DNA of 64,000 nucleotides from an uncultured Acidobacteriota bacterium (GTDB taxonomy: Bacteria; Acidobacteriota; UBA6911). Under the pieces are notes generated by a model that ran no database searches, was not told the DNA's origin, and saw only the letters and a program-made list of their open reading frames with translations. The stretch covers positions 576,001 through 640,000 of the forward strand of contig CAWJKZ010000013.1 of NCBI GenBank assembly GCA_963843575.1. The letters are read 5' to 3'. This document shows, one piece after another, positions 29,675 through 38,305 of this stretch. The translations under genes and the position numbers were made by a program. The first letter of the stretch is position 1, and the number at the start of each line of letters is the position of its first letter.

Positions 29675-30441
29675 CTGGCCAGGAACTTCCCCGTATCTTC
29701 GTCCTCGGCGTCCCCCGGCTGGAGCCTCACCACGACCACCGTGATGTTGTCCGGTCCGCCTCCCTTGTTTGCCGCGCTGACCAGGGCCTCGCCCAGCTGC
29801 TGGGCGCTCTTCCGGTCGTCGGCGAGGATGCTCGTGATGTGCTCGTCGGAGAGAACGTCGGTCAGGCCGTCGGAACAGAGCAGGTAGATGTCGCCTTCCC
29901 GCGCATCCCCCTGCTCCAGATCCACCTCCACCTGCGGGTGCGGCCCGATGGAGCGCGTGATGAGGTTTTTCTGCGGATGCGCCGACAACTCGTCCTTCTG
30001 AAGCACCCCGCTTTCAAAAAGGTGCCAGACGAGCGAGTGGTCGCGCGTGAGCTGCTCGAGGTGCCCATCCCTCAACAGGTAGGCGCGCGAGTCGCCGACG
30101 TGAGCGATGTAGTACATCTTGTCGCGGAACGACAGTATCGTCAGGGTGCTGCCCATCCCGGCGAATTCCGCCCGCTTGCGCTGCGTCTCGTAAATCCGGG
30201 AGTTGGCTTCCTGTGCGGCGGCCCGCAAGGTGTCTTCGAGGCGGTCGCCGGCGTTCTGCCGGGCGGCGACCCATTCTTCCACGGTCGATGCGGCGATCTG
30301 GCTGGCGATTTCCCCGGCGGCGTGGCCGCCCATCCCGTCGGCCACAACGAAGATTCTGTTCTTGGAGTTGGCGGCGTATGAATCTTCGTTAGAAGTCCGC
30401 ACCCGTCCCTGGTGGCTGTGGGTACCGAATTCGATGTGCAA
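29671..30441 (-). CDS. PP2C (Stp1/PrpC) Ser/Thr phosphatase
   Basis: GRVRTSNED, VADGMGGH, HVGDSRAY, LCSDGL and GGPDNIT; TTG start; overlaps the kinase start. Confidence 0.95.
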   Translation of the reverse strand: MHIEFGTHSHQGRVRTSNEDSYAANSKNRIFVVADGMGGHAAGEIASQIAASTVEEWVAARQNAGDRLEDTLRAAAQEANSRIYETQRKRAEFAGMGSTLTILSFRDKMYYIAHVGDSRAYLLRDGHLEQLTRDHSLVWHLFESGVLQKDELSAHPQKNLITRSIGPHPQVEVDLEQGDAREGDIYLLCSDGLTDVLSDEHITSILADDRKSAQQLGEALVSAANKGGGPDNITVVVVRLQPGDAEDEDTGKFLAR

Positions 30442-30614
30442 TAGTCACCCTGTACAGGCTCACTTCGACCAGAACGGTTTCAACCCTGCCGGAAACGTGT
30501 GAAAGCTGACCTGACCAGCTTCCCCGGCGCAAGCGAACCGGAGGAATGAAATCCTACCGGCGTTCCACGGCCGCTCTCTGAAACGCTTAAACGGGCGATC
30601 GTCAGAATGTTGAG

Positions 30615-30643
30615 GTTATAACACGGTAGAACTTCGGCATCAA
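30615..30643 (-). promoter_or_regulatory. Sigma70-like promoter for the phosphatase-kinase operon
   Basis: Minus strand TTGATG-17-TATAAC with an extended TG. Confidence 0.55.
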
Positions 30644-30713
30644 GCAAAGCGGGGAGTCGCGGTCGTTCCGGGAGCCGCGCGGGGAGCGGGCCCGCCATAT
30701 CCCGGGTTTGCCT

Positions 30714-30890
30714 TTATGCGCCGAAGGAGTGGGACAAGGACGGACGCGGCACGCGTGTGTGCCGCTCCCGCCGTCGGGCACCCACGCTTTCCGTCATCGC
30801 GCGCCGGGCGTGCAGGAAAGATTCGAACATCTTTCCCTCGAAAAGGTATCGGTCTGCACCCATCGTTTCGATTCGGGCCACAATTCTCAT
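30714..30890 (-). CDS. Small 58-aa hypothetical protein (absent from the ORF track)
   Basis: MRIVARIETMGADRYLFEGKMFESFLHARRAMTESVGARRRERHTRVPRPSLSHSFGA*; RBS GAGGAGGAAAGG immediately upstream. Confidence 0.55.
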   Translation of the reverse strand: MRIVARIETMGADRYLFEGKMFESFLHARRAMTESVGARRRERHTRVPRPSLSHSFGA

Positions 30891-31207
30891 CGCCTTTCCT
30901 CCTCCTCTGCAATGGCAGTTCCCGTCAGGGTATCAATGCCTTTTCATCGGCGTTGGGCCCACCCGACGCCGCTGTTTGAAGCAATTCCCGAGCCCATTGA
31001 TTGCCTCAGATTCGTCCCGGCGGTTATCCATAGGCAAAACAAATGTTTGCGCCCGCCACGTCCCCGTCCTTCAGGACTATTTTCCCTGCCTCTGCACAGA
31101 AGATTTTCCCCTGCAGCGTGTCCCGTATTTCGGCCGCGTGTGTGTTATGATTTCTTTGATACGCTTCAGCTAAGTGGTGTTTCCCGATCACTGGAAGGCC
31201 GCCGCAT

Positions 31208-32980
31208 ATGCAGTCCCGTTATTTCCGATGGATACCCGCGATCACGATCCTGGCCGCCGTCGTCGCCGGGCAGTACGGCTTCGCCGGCGTGTCCCGCGCG
31301 ATCCAGGACCGGTACCGGCGCGACTATGAACAGAAGGCTTTCTTTCTGAAGATCCCGCTCTACTCCGAAAGGCAGATCGTTCTCATCTCCGGCACGAGCG
31401 TGCGGCCCGAACTGGGGCAGGGGACCGCCAGGGTCAAGGTGGGGGAACAGGTACGCGTGACGGCCATCGATTTTGGCGGCGAGGAGATCAGGTTCAAACT
31501 CACCCCGATTACCTCCGCGGGCCTGTTTGAAATCGTCTACAGGTTCGACGCCGGGTTGCAGGACAACTTCCCCAACAGCGCGACGTTCGACACGGCGCTG
31601 CAGATGACGTTCACCGAGGGATTGAAGTACGCCGACATCGAGGAAGCCAAGAAATCCTACGTCGACGACCAGTTCGAACGGATCGTGCGCGAGATTGCGA
31701 CCACGACCGGCACGAACCGCGAGGCGGTGATGAAGGGCATCGCGCCTCACCTTCCCGCTTACCAGGATGCGATGCGCGACATCGAGAACCTCAGGGGCCG
31801 GGCGCAGGAACTCTCTTCCCAGCTTGCGCAGCAGCAATCGGAAAACCGCAAGCTCGAGGCGGAACTCAAGTCGCAACAGGCGGAGGCCGCACGGCTGCGC
31901 ACCGCCAACGCAAGCCTGCAGGAGAAGATCGACAATTCGGCTTCGCAGCTTTCACGCCTCGGGGAAGACCTGCGCAACGCCCGCGGCGTCACCCAAGGCT
32001 ATCAAAAGGAACTCGCCAACCTGCAGCGCACCCTGAACCTGAAGATCGACGCCAACCGCGACATCGGCTCGCAGATCTCCGAGCTTGCGCTCGCGATGCG
32101 CAGGTTGCAGGCGGCCAACGACACGCTCGAAGGGCAGGCCAGCTCGCTGCGCACGAACGTGGAGGAGTTGCAGTCCGCGAACGCCAAGCTCTCCGGGGAG
32201 TTGGACGACACCAAAAACGCCAACCGCAAGATGCGCGAGACGATCGACACGCTCACCTCGAAGGAAGACTCGCTCGCTCGGCAGTACATTCAACTGAAGA
32301 ACACCAAGGAAAACCTCGAAACGGTAACGCGCTCCATCGACAGCCTGAGCAACCGGATCGCCGAAGAGAAGAGCGAAGGAGGCTACCGCTCGGGCAAGAT
32401 CAACGTCTTCCTGAAAAACGTTCTGCTCGGCAGCGTGGACTACAGGTTGCCGGAATATCTCAGCGCGAACGAGGAAAAGCAGGCGGAGGGGCGGTTTTCG
32501 AGCGAATCCATCGATTACGTGCAGGTGTCGCCCGAGGAACGGGCTCTGCTCCGTTCATTCGGCGACCGGCTCAAGCTCCAGCTGAAACTCTCATCCCCGG
32601 TACCCACCGTGGTGGTTGCTCCGGGGTCCAAGGAACAGCTGCAGGAGGTGCCGGAACGGGACCAGGCGACCTGGCGCTGGACCGTCACCAACCGCGGCAC
32701 ACAGGATGCCCGGCTTCAGTTCGAGATGTGGCTGGTTAACCGGAACTCCGACGAGATCCCGGTCCTGAACCGGGAGTACCTGCTCGTCTCCTCAAATACC
32801 GTGCGTCAGATCCGCAACTATCTGCAGCCCATCCCGATCGCGCTCGGCGCCCTGCTGGGGTTTGTGCTCTTCGGCATCGTCGGGGTCTTCAGGCGGGCCC
32901 GCACGCCCAAGCCGAGCCGCGGCCGTGGGACGCCCGACACCAGTCCGGCCGCGCCGTACGTCGGGAAGAAGCAGCTCTGA
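31208..32980 (+). CDS. Exported long coiled-coil protein with C-terminal membrane anchor
   Basis: Signal peptide, extended heptad-rich region, C-terminal TM IPIALGALLGFVLFGIVGVF and a basic tail. Confidence 0.8.
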   Translation: MQSRYFRWIPAITILAAVVAGQYGFAGVSRAIQDRYRRDYEQKAFFLKIPLYSERQIVLISGTSVRPELGQGTARVKVGEQVRVTAIDFGGEEIRFKLTPITSAGLFEIVYRFDAGLQDNFPNSATFDTALQMTFTEGLKYADIEEAKKSYVDDQFERIVREIATTTGTNREAVMKGIAPHLPAYQDAMRDIENLRGRAQELSSQLAQQQSENRKLEAELKSQQAEAARLRTANASLQEKIDNSASQLSRLGEDLRNARGVTQGYQKELANLQRTLNLKIDANRDIGSQISELALAMRRLQAANDTLEGQASSLRTNVEELQSANAKLSGELDDTKNANRKMRETIDTLTSKEDSLARQYIQLKNTKENLETVTRSIDSLSNRIAEEKSEGGYRSGKINVFLKNVLLGSVDYRLPEYLSANEEKQAEGRFSSESIDYVQVSPEERALLRSFGDRLKLQLKLSSPVPTVVVAPGSKEQLQEVPERDQATWRWTVTNRGTQDARLQFEMWLVNRNSDEIPVLNREYLLVSSNTVRQIRNYLQPIPIALGALLGFVLFGIVGVFRRARTPKPSRGRGTPDTSPAAPYVGKKQL

Positions 32981-32995
32981 GGCGCCTGCCCGGGG

Positions 32996-34861
32996 TTACT
33001 CTGTGACCTGGATGTGTTGGGCGGCCAGGCGACGCAGCTTGGCGCCGTCGCCGGGCTTGACCAGCTGGAAGTTATACTTCTTGTTGTTGCGGGTCCGTAT
33101 CGAGACCTGGTCGCCGTCGACCCCTATACTCCTCAGCCCGGCGTAGCTTTCGAAGAAGCTGTGGTCTCCCTCGGTCGTTTTGTACTCGAGGCCTTCTTCG
33201 GTCACTCTCAGGGTGCCGCGGCAGCTCGAGAACATGTGTTTGTGCTCGGCCGCAAACGGGGTCTTCTGCATCGCGTTGAGCTGCGTGCGGTCCTGGATAT
33301 CCTGGATCATCGACTGGAGTCGTTCAGTGCCGTACTTCTCGACCCCGCCGAGTTCCTTGACCTTGCGCAGATGGTCGGCGGCGAGCTTGAGGTCGTTGCG
33401 GTGGCGGTCATACAGGATGCCCAGGTTGAGGTGTGCCAGCCCGTTGCTGGGGTTGAGCGCCACTGCCTTCTCGAAATTCAGGATCGCGTTGTCCAGTTGT
33501 TTCAGCTCCAGGTTGCTCGCCCCTATGTAGAAGTACGCCTCGTCGCTGTTGGGTTCGGCCTTGAGGAATTCCTGCCACTCGGCGATCGCCTTCGCGTAGG
33601 CTCCGGACCGGAACGAGGCCAGCGCCGTCTGCCGCAGCGTCTGGGCTTTCTGCCTGAATTGCTGCTCTTCCTGCGCGCGCTGCAGGCGTTGCTGTTCGAC
33701 TTGCGCGGTCTCGGCCAGTTTCGACTCGACCACCGCCATACGGGACTTGCTGTAGGGGTCCTCCGGGAAATACTGCAGGACGAGTCGGAAATCGGTCCTG
33801 GCGCCCGCGTAGTCGCCCCCGGCGAGCTTTGTGTCCCCGCGGTTCTGCAACAGTTCCTTCACCCTTGCGATGGTTGTGCGAGCGTACTCGTTCTTCTTGT
33901 CCAGGCGCTGGATGTTTTTCAGAGCCTCCAGGGCGTTTTCCTTCTCCGGGGGGACCAGGCTTCCTGCCTTGAGAGCCGCCTCCGCCTTGGTTTTCCATTC
34001 CTCGATCTGCTTCTCGCGGTCCTTGACGCTGGCGTCGATCTTGGCGGAGATGTCCGCCAACCGTTCATTGATGGAGATGTCGTCGGGGAAGAGCAGGGTC
34101 AGATTCTTGTACTGCTTCTCTGCCTCGAGCCAGTCCTCCCGGGCATAGGCCACGCCGGCGATCTGCCGCAGCGTGTCGCCCAGCTTGGTCTTCGCCTCGA
34201 TCGCATAGGCGTTGGCCGGGTCTATGGCGAGGATCTTGTTGGCGAAAAACAGCACGTTGTAGTCGTCGGGCGGCGGGAGGAGGATGTTTTCCTTCTGGGC
34301 GTTTTCGAGTTTCTTTCTCCAGGCTTCGACTTCTGCCAGTTGTTCGTTGCTCAGGTGCGGGACGAGCGGCTCCATCGGCCAGTGGACGTTCTCGGCCGCA
34401 TAGGGCATGACTTCGACCTGCTGCAGAAGGTCCTTGTACCCTTCCTTGGTCGCCTTGATCTGGTGCCCGCCCGAGCGCAGGTCGGCCAGTGTCAGCGGCG
34501 AGACGCCGCACTGCTTGCCGTCGAGCCAGATCGTGGCGCCGGGAGGAGTCGTCTTGACCACGAGCGAGCCGTACTTGGGTTTCCAGTATTGATAGAGGAA
34601 GACCGTCGCGAAGGCCACACCTCCCACCACGATGAGGATGGCGATGCCCAGCATGAGCGTCTTGACCGTGATGGTCGCGGGTTGAGGGCCGGGCTCGGCC
34701 ATCTTCGGCGGCTGGGCGCCCGGCCAGGTTTCGGCCTCGGCGTCACCGCTCGCGCCGGCGTCGCCCGCGTCGAGCCTACCGCCGTCCACAGGGCAGAATT
34801 GAAACGGTTCCGGGTAGGTATTGCCGCATTGGGAACATTTTTTCATTGGAGTAGATACCAT
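32996..34861 (-). CDS. Membrane protein: zinc ribbon, TM, PEGA domain, TPR repeats
   Basis: CSQC...CPVDG; TM; GSLVVKTTPPGATIWLDGK (PEGA); TPR motifs AYFYIG and AHLNLG. Confidence 0.85.
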   Translation of the reverse strand: MVSTPMKKCSQCGNTYPEPFQFCPVDGGRLDAGDAGASGDAEAETWPGAQPPKMAEPGPQPATITVKTLMLGIAILIVVGGVAFATVFLYQYWKPKYGSLVVKTTPPGATIWLDGKQCGVSPLTLADLRSGGHQIKATKEGYKDLLQQVEVMPYAAENVHWPMEPLVPHLSNEQLAEVEAWRKKLENAQKENILLPPPDDYNVLFFANKILAIDPANAYAIEAKTKLGDTLRQIAGVAYAREDWLEAEKQYKNLTLLFPDDISINERLADISAKIDASVKDREKQIEEWKTKAEAALKAGSLVPPEKENALEALKNIQRLDKKNEYARTTIARVKELLQNRGDTKLAGGDYAGARTDFRLVLQYFPEDPYSKSRMAVVESKLAETAQVEQQRLQRAQEEQQFRQKAQTLRQTALASFRSGAYAKAIAEWQEFLKAEPNSDEAYFYIGASNLELKQLDNAILNFEKAVALNPSNGLAHLNLGILYDRHRNDLKLAADHLRKVKELGGVEKYGTERLQSMIQDIQDRTQLNAMQKTPFAAEHKHMFSSCRGTLRVTEEGLEYKTTEGDHSFFESYAGLRSIGVDGDQVSIRTRNNKKYNFQLVKPGDGAKLRRLAAQHIQVTE

Positions 34862-34932
34862 AGCACAAACGCGGCCACCCTTTGAAGACGCGCACCCCCG
34901 AGATGGTTTGGCCCGGAACACCCGGTTTTTCG

Positions 34933-34985
34933 GGAGTGCGGCGGCTCGACGCCGCTTCCCGGGCGGCGTTTCGGCACCGCACTCC
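34933..34985. repeat. GGAG-type REP-like inverted pair
   Basis: GGAGTGCGGCGGCTCGACGCCGCT...GCGGCGTTTCGGCACCGCACTCC; related to copies at 38060 and inside 52827-52956. Confidence 0.7.
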
Positions 34986-35039
34986 GCAGGACTTTTCAGG
35001 CGCGGCTGTGGTTAAATAGCGGCTTCCGAAGGTGATGAG

Positions 35040-35660
35040 ATGACGAAGAAACCCGTTCTGACGCTTGGCATCGCGGGAGGCACCGGCTCGGGCAAGACGA
35101 CGATCTCGGAGGAGGTCTGCCGGGTCCTCGGCGCCGATTGCGCCACGCTGATCCACCAGGACTCCTACTATCTGGACCGCAGCGTGCTGCCGGCGGATGA
35201 CCGCGACCGGATCAATTTCGACCACCCGTCGGCGTTCGACTGGAAACTGCTCAAGAGGCAGGTCAAGACGCTGCGTGACGGCCGGGCGATCCAAAAGCCG
35301 ACGTACAATTTCCACACGCACTCGCGCATGGCGGAAACGGTGCGGGTCGAACCCCGGCCCGTCCTGATCATCGAAGGCATCCTGGTGTTTGACGACCCCG
35401 AACTCCGCTCGATGATCGACATCAAGGTCTACGTCGATGCGGACGCCGACGTGCGCTTTATCCGGCGCCTGGACCGCGACGTGCGAGAGCGGGGGAGATC
35501 GCTGGAATCGATCGTGGACCAGTACATGAGCACGGTGCGCCCGATGCACCTGCAGTTTGTCGAGCCCACGAAGCGCTATGCCGACGTCATCATCCCCGAG
35601 GGGGGGTACAACCGGGTCGCGCTCGACATGATCATCGCCCGCGTGCGCGCCCTGCTTTGA
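35040..35660 (+). CDS. udk: Uridine kinase
   Basis: GIAGGTGSGKTT, QDSYY, NFDHPSAFD and RDVRERGR. Confidence 0.96.
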   Translation: MTKKPVLTLGIAGGTGSGKTTISEEVCRVLGADCATLIHQDSYYLDRSVLPADDRDRINFDHPSAFDWKLLKRQVKTLRDGRAIQKPTYNFHTHSRMAETVRVEPRPVLIIEGILVFDDPELRSMIDIKVYVDADADVRFIRRLDRDVRERGRSLESIVDQYMSTVRPMHLQFVEPTKRYADVIIPEGGYNRVALDMIIARVRALL

Positions 35661-35711
35661 GGAGCGCGCCCGTGGGGGGCCTGCCGCCGCCCGCCGGCAA
35701 TTCCCTCCCCG

Positions 35712-36380
35712 TCAGCGCCTCGCGGCCGCCTCGGAGATGATCTTCACGCCGGCGGACGCACCGATTCGGGTCGCCCCCGCCTCGATCATCTGCAGGCACG
35801 CCGCCAGGTCGCGGATCCCCCCCGCCGCCTTGACGCCCATCCCGGGCCCGACCACGCGCCGCATAAGCGCGACGTCGGCCGCTGTGGCGCCGGACGGGCC
35901 GAATCCCGTGGACGTCTTGACGAAGTCGGCGGCCGCGTCGCGGGCGATCGTGCAGGCCTCGACCTTCTCCCCTTCGCTCAGGAGTGCCGTTTCGAGGATC
36001 ACCTTCAGGCGCGCGCCGCCGGAGTGAACCGCACGGCACACTTCCCGGATGTCGTCGCCGACTGCCGCCCCATCGCCCGATTTCAGCCGGCCGACGTTGA
36101 TCACCATGTCGATCTCGGTCGCCCCGTCGAAAACGGCACGGCGTGCCTCGTACGCCTTGACGTCGGAAGGGGTCGCACCCAGCGGAAACCCGGCGACCGT
36201 GCACACCGCGACCCCGCTCCCTTTCAGCAGCAAGGCACAAAGCCGCACCCAGTCGGGGTTGACGCAGACTGCGGCAAAGCGATACTGCAACGCCTCGTCG
36301 CAGAGCTGGCGGACCTGCGCCTCGGAGGCGTCGGCCTTCAGCAACGTGTGATCTATGTATGCCGCAAGCTGGATATCCAT
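35712..36380 (-). CDS. deoC: Deoxyribose-phosphate aldolase
   Basis: [27 protein letters not shown] and KAAGGIR. Confidence 0.96.
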   Translation of the reverse strand: MDIQLAAYIDHTLLKADASEAQVRQLCDEALQYRFAAVCVNPDWVRLCALLLKGSGVAVCTVAGFPLGATPSDVKAYEARRAVFDGATEIDMVINVGRLKSGDGAAVGDDIREVCRAVHSGGARLKVILETALLSEGEKVEACTIARDAAADFVKTSTGFGPSGATAADVALMRRVVGPGMGVKAAGGIRDLAACLQMIEAGATRIGASAGVKIISEAAARR

Positions 36381-36529
36381 CCCGGTATCATACAAGCCGC
36401 GGACCCGCTTCGATAGCCCGGAAACTCGCCTCCGGGGCCTCGCATGCTTCCAGCAGCCTCGAGGATGAAACGTTGACACGCGCCCGGGCGGGGAATAACT
36501 TTCGATACCTTCGAGATTCGGGAGCACTC

Positions 36530-38056
36530 ATGAAGAAACTGATTGCGTTGATGCTGCTGGCCCCCTCGCTTGCGCTGGCGGCCGAGACCAAACCCAAGCT
36601 CGTCCTGGTCATCGTCGTGGATCAGTTCCGCTACGATTACCTCACGCGCTTCCAGGGGGACTATTCCGGCGGGCTGGCGAAGTTGCTCAAGGACGGTGCG
36701 GTATTCACCAACGCGCGCTACGAACACTTCCCCACCGTGACCGCGATCGGGCACGCGACGATCCTGACCGGCGCGACCCCGTCGATCAGCGGGATTGTCG
36801 GCAACGACTGGTTCGACCGCGACACGGGGAAACAGGTGACCTCGGTCTCCGATCCGGCCTGCAAGTTGCTCGGCGGCACCGGCGAGGGAGGCTCTTCGCC
36901 GCATCGCCTGCTGGTCAGCACCGTGGGAGACGAGCTCAAGATCGCCAACGGCGGCACGTCCAGGGTGATCGGCATCAGCCTGAAGGACCGTGCGGCGATC
37001 CTGCCGGCCGGGCACTCCGCCAATGCGGCGTACTGGTTTGACGGGCGCGGCGGCAGGTTCGTCTCCAGCACGTGGTACATGGACCGGCTGCCCGACTGGG
37101 TCGACGCGTTCAACGCGCGTGCGGCCGCAGGTTACCGGGGAGCGGCGTGGCTCAACCACAAGCTCCCCGACGACGCGAGCGCCTCTGCGGCGCTGGCCGC
37201 CTCACCCTTCGGGAACGATATCGTGGAGGCCTTCGCCGAACAGGCCCTGGAGCGGGAGGGACTCGGGAAAGGCCCCGCGACAGACTTGCTGAGCGTCAGT
37301 TTCTCCTCCAACGACTATGTCGGGCACGAGTACGGGCCGGACTCGCCCGACGTGAGGGAAATCTCGATCCGCACCGACCGCATGCTCGAAAAGTTCTTCC
37401 GCTACATCGACTCCCAGGTCGGGTTGCGGGACGTGCTGGTGGTCTTCACCGCGGACCACGGTGTGGCGCCGCTGCCCGAAGCCAACGCCGCGCGTCACAT
37501 GCCCGGGGGGCGCATGCCCGCCGGCATCATTCAGAACACCGTTCAGGCCGAGCTGACCAAACGCTTCGGCGAGGGGAACTGGATCGTCAGCCCGTCGGAG
37601 CACTCCCTCTATCTCAACGACGCGCTCATCCGGGACAAGAAGATCGACGCCAACGACGTGGCGAAGGCCGCACGCGATGCGCTGCTCAGGGTGCCCCACG
37701 TGTTCCGGGTATACACGCGCGAGCAGCTCAGGGAAGGACACACCCTCGAAGATCAGGTCGGGAGGCGGGTCATGAACGGGTTTTACGCCCGCCGCAGCGC
37801 CGACATCTACGTTCTGCTTGAGCCTTACTGGATGTTCGGCAGCGAGGGGACGACGCACGGGACGACCTTCAGCTACGACTCTCACGTCCCCGTGATCTTC
37901 ATGGGACCCGGCATTAAGCCAGGCAAATACTACGGCTCGATCGCCGTCAACGACATCGCCCCGACGCTGGCCACGCTGCTGGAGATCGAGACGCCGAGCG
38001 GCTCCGTCGGCCGGACCCTCAGCGAGATGTTCGTCAATCCGGACGAACTGAAGTAA
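36530..38056 (+). CDS. PafA-type alkaline phosphatase family protein
   Basis: Signal peptide; VVDQFRYDYL, TVTAIGHA, SLKDRAAIL, TADHG and HGT..YDSHVP. Confidence 0.92.
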   Translation: MKKLIALMLLAPSLALAAETKPKLVLVIVVDQFRYDYLTRFQGDYSGGLAKLLKDGAVFTNARYEHFPTVTAIGHATILTGATPSISGIVGNDWFDRDTGKQVTSVSDPACKLLGGTGEGGSSPHRLLVSTVGDELKIANGGTSRVIGISLKDRAAILPAGHSANAAYWFDGRGGRFVSSTWYMDRLPDWVDAFNARAAAGYRGAAWLNHKLPDDASASAALAASPFGNDIVEAFAEQALEREGLGKGPATDLLSVSFSSNDYVGHEYGPDSPDVREISIRTDRMLEKFFRYIDSQVGLRDVLVVFTADHGVAPLPEANAARHMPGGRMPAGIIQNTVQAELTKRFGEGNWIVSPSEHSLYLNDALIRDKKIDANDVAKAARDALLRVPHVFRVYTREQLREGHTLEDQVGRRVMNGFYARRSADIYVLLEPYWMFGSEGTTHGTTFSYDSHVPVIFMGPGIKPGKYYGSIAVNDIAPTLATLLEIETPSGSVGRTLSEMFVNPDELK

Positions 38057-38059
38057 TCT

Positions 38060-38217
38060 GGAGTGCGGCGCCTCGGCGCCGCTTTCACTCGTCCACGGCA
38101 GGAATGCTCGGCGCCTCGGCGCCACGCCGAATTGCGAGATGCGACCCTGCGACCTCGGCCTTTGGTGGCGTCGAGCCGCCGCATCTCCACAATCAACCGT
38201 TGGACGGCCTCTGAAGC
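38060..38217 (-). mobile_element. Partial copy of the MITE/REP composite
   Basis: Reverse complement aligns to about 52821-52927 including the GCTTCA flank; the other end is a GGAGTGCGG REP pair. Confidence 0.8.
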
Positions 38218-38305
38218 GGTCGCTATAACGTGCGCCCGTCGCTACATAGTTCAGATCAAAAGGCGTCCGGGCTGAAGCACGGACCCACTTGTTCCATTGC
38301 GGAAA

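Noticed and set aside
31024-31032. Single DnaA-box-like TTATCCATA
   Set aside because: Isolated and mismatched; expected by chance
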